A DNA stretch of 64,000 nucleotides from Candidatus Hydrogenedentota bacterium. Its GTDB lineage: Bacteria > Hydrogenedentota > Hydrogenedentia > Hydrogenedentales > SLHB01. The notes under the pieces are model-generated. The model saw only the letters and a list, made by a program, of their open reading frames with translations. It was not told the origin of the DNA and did not search any database. Made by a program: the position numbers and the translations under genes. Position 1 is the stretch's first letter. Every line of letters begins with the position of its first letter. The stretch spans positions 64,001 to 128,000 of the forward strand of contig CAXXTH010000012.1 in NCBI GenBank assembly GCA_963668025.2, written 5' to 3'. Below, in pieces: positions 9,153 to 19,372 of the stretch.

Positions 9153-9914
9153 TTAGGCGCCTCCTTGCATGGCCTTTCGCAGCGCCTTCATGGCGGCGCT
9201 GTGAATCTGGCAGATGCGTGATTCCGAGACATCGAGCACTACGCCAATTTCTTTAAGCGTCAACTCTTCATAATAATATAAGTTTAGCACTTTCTGTTGC
9301 TGATCCGGTAATCGCAATATGGCCTGCACAAGGTGTTCTTGCTTTTCTTGCTCCCGGGCCATGTCTTCGGGGGAGAGGGCCGCGGCATCACTCGTCATAT
9401 CGCCTCGACGTCCATCTTCTCCGCTTTCGCTGGGAAGGTAGTCGTCAAGGGCAAGTACATGGGCTGTCTGCACTTGGGCAATCACATCCTCGACTTGTTC
9501 GACTGGAACGCCCAATTCTTCCGCAATGTCTACATTCATGGGTTCGGCGCCGTTTTCTTGGCGCAATTTATCGCGTGCGGAACCGATTTTCCGTGCCATG
9601 GCCCGTAGGGAACGCGGGGCCCAATCCAAAGAGCGGATTTGATCAATGATGGCCCCACGGACGCGAATGGTCGCATAGGTGGAGAATTTCACGTTTTGCC
9701 GGTGATCGTACCGATCCACCGCGTCGAGCAGGCCCAGCACGCCCCAGCTAATGAGGTCGTCCATTTCGACGCTCGAAGGCACATGAATCGCCATGCGCCC
9801 GGCGATATATTTCACCACACGCATATATTCGAGGATAATCGCTTCACGCGCTTGTTGATCCCCGTATTCTTTCCAGCGCAGCCAAAGGGCGCTTTCGTCA
9901 ATAGGATTCTTCAA
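9153..9914 (-). CDS. fliA: RNA polymerase sigma factor FliA/WhiG
   Basis: FSTYATIRVRGAIID..RSLDWAPRS, YYEELTLKEIG..SESRICQIH. Confidence 0.95.
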   Translation of the reverse strand: MKNPIDESALWLRWKEYGDQQAREAIILEYMRVVKYIAGRMAIHVPSSVEMDDLISWGVLGLLDAVDRYDHRQNVKFSTYATIRVRGAIIDQIRSLDWAPRSLRAMARKIGSARDKLRQENGAEPMNVDIAEELGVPVEQVEDVIAQVQTAHVLALDDYLPSESGEDGRRGDMTSDAAALSPEDMAREQEKQEHLVQAILRLPDQQQKVLNLYYYEELTLKEIGVVLDVSESRICQIHSAAMKALRKAMQGGA

Positions 9915-10864
9915 CGCAGACTCTCGATCCGTTCCTTTGTGCTCACAATTTCGGTGATGCGCAGGCCGAATTTTTCGTCCACCACAACGACATCGCCCCG
10001 GGCGATGAGTTTATCGTTCACTAGCAATTCGATGGGTTCATCCACCATATGGCCTACTTCGATGATGGAGCCTGGCCCGAGGGCTAGGATTTCCGCAATG
10101 GGCATTTCCACCCGGCCGAGGCGCGCTTTGACCACCAGGCGTATATCGAGCACCATGTCCAGATTCGGCGGAACAAAGGTGGAATGCCCTCCGCTTCTGT
10201 GTTCATCGGCGTTGCTTTTAGGTGCAGGTGCGGCCTTAGGGATGCCCACATTGCCCAAAATATCATCTAATTCGCTCTGATCCAACGCTTGCCCCCCTTC
10301 CGTAGAAGCCTTCAAGACTGCTTCCTCGGGAATAATCTCCGATAAATTGGCGGTAAACAACAATGCGCCTTGGCCTTGAATGTCTGGCGGAATGGAATAA
10401 TGAAAATCCGCGCGAACCGCATGATCTCCTATAAACTCTTTAATTCCTTGCGCCGCTGCTGGGCCGCCTTCCCGCACCCGCATGTTCCGGAGCGAGATTA
10501 CTTTGCCGTATTTTTCTTTGAAGAAGCCCGCGCCGGCGCCCAGAAAGGGGTCGTATACTTCCTTCAGATGCTCACAATCACTCGCGGCCACGGGATCTTG
10601 CGGCTCCGGACCCTCTCCCATGAATGCTTTGGCGATAGCATATGCCGTGAAGGCGGGCAGCAGCAAGGCAATTGCACCCCCTTCTTGTATGGTAGTCTGC
10701 AATACACCGCCATTGTGTTCAAGAAGGGTGGCTAGGGAGTCTGCATCAAGCGGGGCGGCTGTATCGAGTTCGAACGAAGTATCCGGGGAAACCATCGTGG
10801 CGACCACATCGAAAAAGCCCGATAGAAATCCTGTGGCGAACAGATTGGATGCCTCGTTGCTCAT
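9911..10864 (-). CDS. fliN: Flagellar switch protein FliN with N-terminal CheC-like region (FliY-type)
   Basis: C-terminal NLDMVLDI..LVNDKLIARGDVVVVDEKFGLRIT. Confidence 0.85.
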   Translation of the reverse strand: MSNEASNLFATGFLSGFFDVVATMVSPDTSFELDTAAPLDADSLATLLEHNGGVLQTTIQEGGAIALLLPAFTAYAIAKAFMGEGPEPQDPVAASDCEHLKEVYDPFLGAGAGFFKEKYGKVISLRNMRVREGGPAAAQGIKEFIGDHAVRADFHYSIPPDIQGQGALLFTANLSEIIPEEAVLKASTEGGQALDQSELDDILGNVGIPKAAPAPKSNADEHRSGGHSTFVPPNLDMVLDIRLVVKARLGRVEMPIAEILALGPGSIIEVGHMVDEPIELLVNDKLIARGDVVVVDEKFGLRITEIVSTKERIESLR

Positions 10865-10930
10865 GTATCTTCCCGCTGTTTGTTGTGTTTTAGACGGATG
10901 CGCCCTCAAGCTGGCATGCTTTGCGTGGCG

Positions 10931-11917
10931 CTACTCGTCAAGCACCAGGCTGGCCAGTTGCACGGCGCTAAATTCGCCGCTGCGCCCTGGCCGCGCCCGG
11001 AATCGTTCGATGCCGCCGATATCCACCCGAATGGGGGTCAAAATATCTGAATCAAGCTGGATCACATCGCCAATTTGTAATTCGGCCAAATCCTGCAGGC
11101 TCAATTGCGCAAAACCTAATATGGAATCGACTGGCACCATGGAATGCCGGATCGTACGCAAGATTTTCATGCGGGTTTGTTCGGCTGCCCGGGCGTTCAT
11201 CTTCCGGATGAATTGGATTTGCCGGGAAATCTGATCCAGTACGGGATTCAAAAATACGAGGGGAATGCAGAGGTTCATCTGCCCTACGGCTTCGCCCACG
11301 TGCATCTCGAATCCCACCAAGATCACCATATCGCTTCCCGCCACCACTTGGACAATCAGCGGATCGCTTTCTTGCGAGCGGATGCTCATTTTAAACTCGA
11401 TCAGATGCTCCCATGAACTGCGCCAGCTATCGAGCATCATCAATACGATGCGGTGGACAATGCGCTCTTCGATGGGGCTCAGTTCGCGCACCTTGTCGAT
11501 CATCTGCCCTTTGCCCCCCAGGATGCGGTCTACGATGGGGAATACGATGCTTGGGCCTAATTCGAGCACGCAGTTTCCCTCAAGGGGGGCCATGTTGATC
11601 TCGCATAGCGAGGTCGGGCGCGACACAGATAAAATAAACTCGTCATAGGTCAGCGAATCGAGTGATATCAGGTCCACGCGCACTACGGTGCGGAAGAAAG
11701 GAGGAAGGGCGATGCTAAGCGCGCGCGCAAAGGACTCGAACAGGCTTTGAAGGCCTTTGAGCTGCTCTTTGGATACCCGGTCGGGACGCCGAAAGTCATA
11801 GGTCGCCATGTCGCGAGCCTCGACAGGCTCGTACGGTTTTTCCTCGGGTTCAATCTCGCCGCGTGAAACGGCGTTGAGCAGGAGATCGACTTCTTCTTGG
11901 CTGAGGATATCGGCCAT
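10931..11917 (-). CDS. fliM: Flagellar motor switch protein FliM
   Basis: MADILSQEEVDLLL, YDFRRPDRVSKEQ, DRILGGKG. Confidence 0.95.
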   Translation of the reverse strand: MADILSQEEVDLLLNAVSRGEIEPEEKPYEPVEARDMATYDFRRPDRVSKEQLKGLQSLFESFARALSIALPPFFRTVVRVDLISLDSLTYDEFILSVSRPTSLCEINMAPLEGNCVLELGPSIVFPIVDRILGGKGQMIDKVRELSPIEERIVHRIVLMMLDSWRSSWEHLIEFKMSIRSQESDPLIVQVVAGSDMVILVGFEMHVGEAVGQMNLCIPLVFLNPVLDQISRQIQFIRKMNARAAEQTRMKILRTIRHSMVPVDSILGFAQLSLQDLAELQIGDVIQLDSDILTPIRVDIGGIERFRARPGRSGEFSAVQLASLVLDE

Positions 11918-12142
11918 GGACACTGGACCCTCAGGTAAACATTTGACACAAGGCTTCCACTGCCTGCGAGTATACCACAGGCCACCATAGGGCGCAAGGC
12001 GGGCAAATGGGCATAAGATATGTGCTGAGAGCGAGATACGATCTCCGTATTGAAACGGAAACCGCATCTCTTAATTGCGAATAATGTCAAGAAAAGTCAA
12101 CTAATAATAAAGGGGTGAACCACCCGATTTTGCCGAATAGCC

Positions 12143-12172
12143 TTGACAACCCGCGATAATATGTGGCATCAT
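12143..12172 (+). promoter_or_regulatory. Sigma70-type promoter with no downstream + strand CDS
   Basis: TTGACA, 18 bp, then TG-n-CATCAT. Confidence 0.5.
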
Positions 12173-12177
12173 TTAGG

Positions 12178-12308
12178 TGTTGAGCGTGAGCGTAGCGGTA
12201 GGAAGGGTTCCCACTCAGCCTATTTGCTTTTTTGCTCAATCTCATACATAAGCGCGCGGGTTGCGTCCCCCATTCCCCCGTACCCCCTGACCCGCGCGCT
12301 CTTTTTTT
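12178..12308 (+). ncRNA. Candidate small RNA with C-rich loop
   Basis: Promoter; hairpin 12180-12239; stem AGCGCGCGGGTT/GACCCGCGCGCT followed by T7. Confidence 0.5.
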
Positions 12309-12330
12309 GATAAATCAATTTTTCACATCT

Positions 12331-13161
12331 TTATCGTTTTAATAAAAATCTGTTAAGCGAAGAGCGTACCTTAAGCCCTATTTCTGTATCGAATAAAGCC
12401 AGCAAATCAAGGTTTCCAGACACTTTGGCCTTGAAACTGGCCAGGGTGTCCGATGCGTCGATCCAGATCCGGCGTAGCTGCCAGCGATCCGCGCCCGCAC
12501 GGTTTGGCCCATACCGGTTAGAAACGGCAAAAACATAGCCGCTCTCGCGCACGAGCCGCATGGTGATGGCGTTGTAATCGCGTTGCGTGCCATATGGATA
12601 AGCAAAGGCGGAGATGGGATGCCCGAGTACTTTTTGGAGCATAAGCCCCGATACTTCGATTTCCTCGCGCTGAACCTCTTTTCTCAGACGGGAGAGATGG
12701 GGATGGGTGAGCGTGTGGGCGCCAATGGAAATGCCCATGGCTTCAAGTGCAGGGAGGTCTTCCGGCTTGAGCATTGCACCCGTTGCCGGGTCGTCTTGGG
12801 GCGTCAGCACGCCGCCCAACCGCCCCGGCACCACAAAAACGGTGGCCGCAAAGCCCAAACGCCGTAAGACAGGCGCGGCGTGTACGAGATTGTCCCGGTA
12901 TCCATCATCAAAAGTAATGGCCACGCCTTCCACACCTTCCGCGGCCTGTTCGAGCGGGATGACTGGATAATGCCGGGACAGCCATTCCATCTGGGCCTGA
13001 AAGTTTTCGGGAGTGACATTCATGGCGTGGGCGCGATGCCCGACGCTATGGTAGGTGAGAATGCGCCGTTTGTTGTAAGGCATGGGTATTAGCTTCCCTC
13101 CTATGGCGAGAAGGGATTTAGCGCCGCGCTTGAGCAAGTCCTTGGCTTCAGCGCCCCGCAT
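12331..13161 (-). CDS. Polysaccharide deacetylase (CE4/NodB)
   Basis: ILTYH, ITFDDGY, GAHTLTHPHL, FAYPYG. Confidence 0.93.
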   Translation of the reverse strand: MRGAEAKDLLKRGAKSLLAIGGKLIPMPYNKRRILTYHSVGHRAHAMNVTPENFQAQMEWLSRHYPVIPLEQAAEGVEGVAITFDDGYRDNLVHAAPVLRRLGFAATVFVVPGRLGGVLTPQDDPATGAMLKPEDLPALEAMGISIGAHTLTHPHLSRLRKEVQREEIEVSGLMLQKVLGHPISAFAYPYGTQRDYNAITMRLVRESGYVFAVSNRYGPNRAGADRWQLRRIWIDASDTLASFKAKVSGNLDLLALFDTEIGLKVRSSLNRFLLKR

Positions 13162-14014
13162 GAAGCGCTTCCTGTTTTGCGGCCAGCATGCCCCATAGAT
13201 AGCCGCAGGCATATGCGCAATATGCGCCGAAACGTTGCATGCGCCCCATGGCTAAGGAGCGCAACAGCCGGAATGGAAAGCGTGCGGCCCGGTACGCCAG
13301 GGTGGTGCGTGGATTAAAACGCGAAGAATCGAGCGCCTCGTGCGTTTCATACACGCTGTCTGGATGGAACTTGCAGGCATAAGCCGAACCGTAACCGTTT
13401 CGGAAAAAAATGTGCAGCAGAGGCCGCCAGCCTCCGGGCAACGGGTGGTAGATCCGCGCATGAGGCGCGAGCACGACGCGATAGCCCGCCGCCCGCATGC
13501 GAACCCGCATATCGGGATCTAAGCCCCGGATAATGTCTTCCCGTTCGCAGCCGATAGCTTCAAAAATCCGTTTGGGAATGGCGCAACAGCCATGGCACGC
13601 CAAATCGCTATCGGTGATGGTTTCGACCACGGGCGTATTGAATCGCGGGAATTGGCATGCGGCGCGCCGCTGGAAGGCGTTCGCCTCCGGCAGGGCTACG
13701 ATGCTGGCACCCGCCATGCCGATGGAAGCATCTCCATCCAGGACATCTATCAAGCGTTGAAAAACGGTTTCATCCGCCACGCGGCTATCGTCATCTAGGA
13801 TGAGTAAAATGTCGCCTCGGGCTTGCGCCGCGCCCTGGTTGATGGCCGCACCCTGTGGTGATACGCCTTTCACCACAATCAGCTCATAATCGCGGTATGT
13901 TTGCATCTGGACGCTATCGAGCAAACGGGGCACGCATCCTTCACGGAAACCATCGCGTGAAGGGATAATCACGGACACGCGGGGCGCGCGTGCTTCTGTT
14001 TTCGGTTCAACCAT
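13148..14014 (-). CDS. Glycosyltransferase family 2
   Basis: VSVIIP, AINQGA, ILDDD. Confidence 0.9.
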   Translation of the reverse strand: MVEPKTEARAPRVSVIIPSRDGFREGCVPRLLDSVQMQTYRDYELIVVKGVSPQGAAINQGAAQARGDILLILDDDSRVADETVFQRLIDVLDGDASIGMAGASIVALPEANAFQRRAACQFPRFNTPVVETITDSDLACHGCCAIPKRIFEAIGCEREDIIRGLDPDMRVRMRAAGYRVVLAPHARIYHPLPGGWRPLLHIFFRNGYGSAYACKFHPDSVYETHEALDSSRFNPRTTLAYRAARFPFRLLRSLAMGRMQRFGAYCAYACGYLWGMLAAKQEALHAGR

Positions 14015-14322
14015 ATGCCGGGAGTATACCCGAGCATGTGGGGCTTGTTCACGTGGAAGCCACTGACTCTCAAAGTGGCGGCGAATGCGCTTTGAACATG
14101 ATGCGCCATGTTTTTTTGTTAGAGTTCCGTGAAATCTGTTCCGCCTAGGATGCGGTGTGAATGATGAAAATATACAGTTAGCTTAATGTGCCTCCAAATG
14201 CGTTTTATTTGAGCGCATGGGCTTGATGGGGTACCATACGGGGATATCCGTGTGGCGGTTCCGCTGAGATTGTCCGATCTTGACGGATACGAAGCGTGCT
14301 GTAATTGGAATAGGAGGCCGGT

Positions 14323-15270
14323 GTGGACGTTGATGCGATATGTGTGTTCGGCGGTTCTGGAAGCCCTAAGCTGTCGGCGAAAATCTGTGAGTATTTGGGC
14401 ATTGGCTTAGGCAAGAGTGAGACCTTGCGGTTCTCGGAAGGTAATTTATTTGTCCGCATTCTCGAAAATGTGCGGGGCCGCCAAGTATATATCGTGCAGT
14501 CCACCTCTTTCCCCGCCAACGATAATTTCATGGAACTGCTGTTCTGGATAGACGCGTTCAAGCGCGCCAGCGCGGAATCGGTCACGGTGGTGATGCCCTA
14601 TTTCAGTTATGCGAAGGGCGATAAAAAAGACGAGCCGCGAGTGTCCATCCGTGCGCGGGTGTGCGCGGACACCATCGAGGCGGCGGGCGCGGACCGCGTG
14701 GTGACCATGGACCTGCATGCGGCGCAAATCCAGGGATTCTTCCGCGTTCCCGTGGACGATCTGTACGCCCTTCCGGTATTGTGCGACGCCGTGCGGCGGA
14801 TGCATTTGCCGGATTTGGTGGTGGTTTCGCCAGACGCCGGTTTCGCTAAAAAGGCGCGTAAATATGCTTCCTGCCTGGGCGTCTCGCTCGTGATAGGCGA
14901 TAAAGAGCGTGTGGCCCACGATGAAGATGCCCATGTGCTCGAGATCATCGGCAATGTGGAAGGCCAGACGGCGTTGGTCGTGGATGACTTTTCGATTTCG
15001 GCGGGCACATTAGTGGATGTGGCCCACAAGTTAAAGGAGCGCGGCGCAAAAGCCGTTTATGCGGCAGTGACCCATGCCTTGTTTTCCCAAGCCGCCATGG
15101 AACGGATTGCCGCCAGCCCCATCGAACGGATGTTCGTGACGGACACCGTCGAGACGCTTCCGACCACCTTCATCGATAAAGTCGAGATAGTTTCCGTGGC
15201 GCCGTTGTTTGGCGAGGCCATCCGCCGGATACATCAGCGCGAAAGTATCAGCGTATTATTCCCAAAATGA
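14323..15270 (+). CDS. prs: Ribose-phosphate pyrophosphokinase
   Basis: MDLHAAQIQGFF, VVSPDAG, VVDDFSISAGT. Confidence 0.95.
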   Translation: MDVDAICVFGGSGSPKLSAKICEYLGIGLGKSETLRFSEGNLFVRILENVRGRQVYIVQSTSFPANDNFMELLFWIDAFKRASAESVTVVMPYFSYAKGDKKDEPRVSIRARVCADTIEAAGADRVVTMDLHAAQIQGFFRVPVDDLYALPVLCDAVRRMHLPDLVVVSPDAGFAKKARKYASCLGVSLVIGDKERVAHDEDAHVLEIIGNVEGQTALVVDDFSISAGTLVDVAHKLKERGAKAVYAAVTHALFSQAAMERIAASPIERMFVTDTVETLPTTFIDKVEIVSVAPLFGEAIRRIHQRESISVLFPK

Positions 15271-15304
15271 GCACATGTGCGTGCGGCTCGTGGAAGAGGA
15301 GTTT

Positions 15305-15330
15305 CGAGGCTTGCCGAAAGGCAAGCCTCG
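15305..15330. terminator. Hairpin between convergent genes
   Basis: CGAGGCTTGCC-GAAA-GGCAAGCCTCG; no strong U tract. Confidence 0.55.
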
Positions 15331-15336
15331 TTCGCA

Positions 15337-15642
15337 TTAGAAACGGCTCCGAATCTTTTCCGAACGCCGCTGCAAAGCATCGGCGATAATAAGGGAGCCA
15401 TATACAACCGCTAAAAAGACCATATAACCCGCCAGCATGGCCATGAGAAAAAGCGCCCACGGGGGCGCTATGATCCGTTCCTGGCTCAACATCCAGCCGC
15501 GAAATAAAAACGCGCCGAAAACGCCTCCTACGATTCCCCCTATAAGCCCGGCTGCTTGTACGAAACAGCCCGCCGTGCGAAGCGATTGGACAGCAGTCTT
15601 GTGGCTTTTCTGCTTTTCGTAATTCACTCCCGCCATGGCCAT
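15337..15642 (-). CDS. Small two-TM membrane protein
   Basis: GGGAG RBS before ATG 15642; two hydrophobic helices. Confidence 0.6.
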   Translation of the reverse strand: MAMAGVNYEKQKSHKTAVQSLRTAGCFVQAAGLIGGIVGGVFGAFLFRGWMLSQERIIAPPWALFLMAMLAGYMVFLAVVYGSLIIADALQRRSEKIRSRF

Positions 15643-15865
15643 GTACTCCCCAATCGTTATGAGGCGAAGCATTTCACGCACTATTCTCACTGGTATTATA
15701 TCATCTTGAACGCCAAAGTAATAAATCTGATGCGTATTTCCTAATCGCTGGGCAAGGCCAAACGTTTTCTGACAACCCGGCGCATTGGCCCATAAAAAAT
15801 AGGCTTTATAGCCGTGTAACAAGGAATGCACAGCTTCACCTGCGTGGTGCGGTTGAGTCATCTAT

Positions 15866-15903
15866 AACGCAGAAGCGCGGAGAACGCAAAGTATCGCAGA
15901 GAA
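15866..15903 (+). repeat. Lone arm of the palindromic repeat family
   Basis: AACGCAGAAGCGCGGAGAACGCAAAG, roughly 9-nt periodicity. Confidence 0.45.
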
Positions 15904-16220
15904 TCCACCCTGTGCCATTTCCGCGGATGCAGTGCATTTATGAATGTATGAATCAACTGTTCGAGAAGGTAAACGAGAATATACATTGTTATGTCGTTAC
16001 ATTGGGTTGTGGGCAAAGCCCACGTCAGGGTATTATCCCCTGCTTGAAGATTTTGCTTATATTTGCTATGAGTAAAACGTTTTCCTTGTATCCAGCACGA
16101 TACTGGCTCATCCCGGATCTGGTGGAGGATGGATGGACCAGCCTAGGCGGACGGCGAGCCATGCATGGCGGCTGGAGCCCATCCATGGCGCGCCCTTTTC
16201 CCATGAGGGAGCCGGAATAC

Positions 16221-17528
16221 ATGATGCGATGGGCGGGAATTGCGGCACGAGTGCTGGCAACGCTGCTGATTGCCGCCACCCTTTGCATGTGTGGGTCTCG
16301 AGGGAGCGAGCAATCCACCATCCGGTTCTGGAATGGCTTCACTGGCCCCGACGGGCGCACCATGCTGCGGATGGTAAAGGCCTTCCACCGGGAAACGCCT
16401 GACACCTATATCATCCAGCAGCGCATGGACTGGGCGACCTACTTCAATAAACTCATTGTGGCCGGCTTGGGCGGGCGGGCGCCTGAAATATTCGCCGTTC
16501 ATATTGATGATATTCCCCGATTGTTACAGGCGGGATTTATACGTCCTCTCGATGACCTTCTTTCCGGCGCGGATGGCATTGACGCAAACGATTTTTACCC
16601 GACGGTGTGGAATGCCGTGGCCCATGATGGCAAACATTATGCCTTGCCGCTGGATGTCCATCCCATGGGGATGTATTACAACAAAGCTATGTTCCGGGAA
16701 GCAGGCATTGTGGATGAACGAGGCGAAACCAAGCCGCCCCGCACGCAGGCGGAGTTCCTGGATGCCATCCAAAAAATCACCAAAGACTTAAACGGCGATG
16801 GCGAGCCCGATCAATGGGGATTTGTCATCACGTATATGCGTTATAACTTCATCAGCTTTGCGGCCCAATGGGGCGGCGGGATCATGGCGAAAGATGAAAA
16901 CACATGCATATTGGACGCTCCCGAAAATGCATCCGCACTCGAGTTCTGGCTGGCGCTGCTCGACCAAAAACTCACGCCTCCCCCGCAAGACTTCGGTTCG
17001 TGGGTGGGCTTTCTGCAAGGGCGGGTGGGAATGGCCTTTGAAGGCATCTATATGCTGGCCGACGTGAAACGCCAGAAGGATCTGGACTGGGGGGCGGCTC
17101 CATTGCCGCAAATCGGCCCGGCCCGGCCCGCCACGTGGGCGAGTTCGCATGTCTTGTGTATGCGGACGGACCTGGATGATGAGACGGTGCGGAAAGCATG
17201 GCATTTTATGAAATATCTATCCGAACATGCGCTGGACTGGGCCGAAGGAGGCCAGGTTCCTGTCCGCCTCTCCCAGCTACAAAGCCCACGTTTTCAAGCC
17301 ATGACGGCGCAATCGGCATTTGCGAAACAACTGGAATACATCGAGTACGCGCCAAGAGTGCCGTATGTGTTTGAAGCGCTCTCGACGACAGATATCGCTC
17401 TGGAACAGGCGATACGCGGCCTTCAGACGCCTGCGGCAGCTTTAGCGGATGGAAAGGCGGAAATCGAGCGCGTCATCGCACGCAGCCAGGTTATGAACGC
17501 GCAAGCGAGGAGCCGGGGGAATGAATAA
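16221..17528 (+). CDS. Carbohydrate ABC transporter substrate-binding protein
   Basis: FWNGFTGPDG, YALPLD, MYYNKAMF; start uncertain. Confidence 0.9.
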   Translation: MMRWAGIAARVLATLLIAATLCMCGSRGSEQSTIRFWNGFTGPDGRTMLRMVKAFHRETPDTYIIQQRMDWATYFNKLIVAGLGGRAPEIFAVHIDDIPRLLQAGFIRPLDDLLSGADGIDANDFYPTVWNAVAHDGKHYALPLDVHPMGMYYNKAMFREAGIVDERGETKPPRTQAEFLDAIQKITKDLNGDGEPDQWGFVITYMRYNFISFAAQWGGGIMAKDENTCILDAPENASALEFWLALLDQKLTPPPQDFGSWVGFLQGRVGMAFEGIYMLADVKRQKDLDWGAAPLPQIGPARPATWASSHVLCMRTDLDDETVRKAWHFMKYLSEHALDWAEGGQVPVRLSQLQSPRFQAMTAQSAFAKQLEYIEYAPRVPYVFEALSTTDIALEQAIRGLQTPAAALADGKAEIERVIARSQVMNAQARSRGNE

Positions 17529-18393
17529 CGGGCGTTTATGGCGGCGGTACTCGGGCTACTTGTTCTTGGCCCCATATCTTCTGTTGTTCAGTAGTTTCTT
17601 GGCGCTCCCTCTCCTATACGGACTCATCTTGAGTCTCTTCCAATGGGAGTTGCTCTCGCCTGCTCCACCCCATTTCGTAGGGCTGGCCAACTACGACGAA
17701 GCATTAAACAGCGTATATTTCTGGAAAGCGTTATGGGCCACTTTCCGGTTTGTCTTGATGTCGGTTCCGCTGACCGTGGGGCTGGGGCTGGCGCTGGCGG
17801 CAGGCGTGAACGCCATCTCCACCCGGCGGCAATCTTTCTACCGATCCGCGTTTTTCCTGCCCACCTTGCTCTCGATAAGCGTGGTGGGGATGCTGTGGAG
17901 CTGGTTTTACAACACGGAATTCGGCTTGTTCAATGCATGCCTGGGGTATTTTGGATATAAAGCGCCTTGGATCGCTAGTGAGCGCTGGGCCATGAAATCC
18001 ATCGTCTTGATGACCCTTTGGTGGGGCGTGGGCGGGCCGATGGTGATATTGCTGGCAGGACTACAACAAATTCCCCGGCAATATTATGAAGCGGCGGCGA
18101 TTGATGGCGCGGGGGCGTTCAGCCAATTCCGGCATGTAACCGCGCCACTGTTACGGCCGGTTTTATTGTTTGTAACCATCATGAATATTATCGGCAGTTT
18201 CCAGATTTTTGGGCAAACCTTCATCGTAACCCGGGGCGGGCCAGCCTTGTCCACCCGTGTGCTGGTTCAATACATCTACGAGACCGCTTTCACCCATTAC
18301 CGCATGGGATTGGGGGCCGCCATGAGCTGGCTGTTATTTGTATGTATCGCGGTGTTTTCCATTGTCCAATTCCGCTGGGTGAGGGAGCGCTGA
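17521..18393 (+). CDS. Carbohydrate ABC transporter permease
   Basis: YYEAAAIDGA EAA motif. Confidence 0.93.
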   Translation: MNNGRLWRRYSGYLFLAPYLLLFSSFLALPLLYGLILSLFQWELLSPAPPHFVGLANYDEALNSVYFWKALWATFRFVLMSVPLTVGLGLALAAGVNAISTRRQSFYRSAFFLPTLLSISVVGMLWSWFYNTEFGLFNACLGYFGYKAPWIASERWAMKSIVLMTLWWGVGGPMVILLAGLQQIPRQYYEAAAIDGAGAFSQFRHVTAPLLRPVLLFVTIMNIIGSFQIFGQTFIVTRGGPALSTRVLVQYIYETAFTHYRMGLGAAMSWLLFVCIAVFSIVQFRWVRER

Positions 18394-18397
18394 AGCC

Positions 18398-19231
18398 ATG
18401 GCAATCGAAAAGCGCATTTGGCGGTTGGCAATCGAGGGATGCACGTTCGCGGGGGCGTCGATCATGTTAGCGCCCATCGCACTCCTCGTGATCACCTCGT
18501 TCAAGACCGACAGCGAAATCATCCATTTTCAAAGCATTTGGCCGCAGGATTGGACGCTCATCAATTTCCGGACGGTATTAGGCACGCCGGAAGAGATTCC
18601 CTTGGTGCGGTGGCTGGGAAACAGCCTCTTCATATCTTCTTCGGTTACCGCGCTGGTGCTGCTGGTGGATTCTCTGGCGGCGTATGGGCTGGCCCGGCTC
18701 CACTTGCCGGGCGGAAAAATCGTGTTCGGCTTCATCATTGCTATGCTGATGGTTCCGGGACAAATACTGTTAATTCCCGTGTATCTCATTCTGAACCGCC
18801 TAGGCTGGCTGGATACCCCGCTGGCGTTGATTATCCCGGCAGGCAGCGGCGCGTTTGGCGTGTTTCTGTTGCATCAATTTTTCTTGGGCATCCCAAGAGA
18901 TCTCGAAGACGCCGCGGCGATTGACGGGTGTTCACGATTAGGCATCTATGCGCGAATTGTAGCGCCTCTATCGAAACCGGCATTGGCGACCCTGGGGATT
19001 TTTACGTTCATGGGCTCATGGAATGATTTCCTCGGGCCGATGGTGTTCATGGATAGCGTGGACAAGTATACGCTGCCGGTGGGCATAGCCCTCTTCCAGA
19101 CTTCGTATTCCATGGAATATGGATTAACGCTGGCGGCATGCCTCCTCTGCACGATACCCACCTTAATCATTTTCCTGTTATTTCAACGGCACATTGTCGA
19201 AGGCATCGCACTCACCGGGCTGAAAGATTAA
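18398..19231 (+). CDS. Carbohydrate ABC transporter permease
   Basis: LEDAAAIDG, SWNDFLGP. Confidence 0.93.
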   Translation: MAIEKRIWRLAIEGCTFAGASIMLAPIALLVITSFKTDSEIIHFQSIWPQDWTLINFRTVLGTPEEIPLVRWLGNSLFISSSVTALVLLVDSLAAYGLARLHLPGGKIVFGFIIAMLMVPGQILLIPVYLILNRLGWLDTPLALIIPAGSGAFGVFLLHQFFLGIPRDLEDAAAIDGCSRLGIYARIVAPLSKPALATLGIFTFMGSWNDFLGPMVFMDSVDKYTLPVGIALFQTSYSMEYGLTLAACLLCTIPTLIIFLLFQRHIVEGIALTGLKD

Positions 19232-19372
19232 TTGTCGATGATTTCCCTCATAATTACGAGCCGCAAAACACAGTGGATACGAAACTTACTGTGAATATTT
19301 CGGATTATTCCTCATGGAGTTAAAGAGATTCAAAGAAAATGAACATGTATTCATCGGGAGCAGATCGGCACT

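Noticed and set aside
12108-12139. Sigma-28 promoter (TAAA...GCCGAATA)
   Set aside because: Spacing is about 20 bp rather than about 15, and the -10 element is imperfect
15643-16220. Upstream extensions of ORFs 15337-15861 and 15912-17528
   Set aside because: No recognisable protein features; better starts exist at 15642 and about 16221
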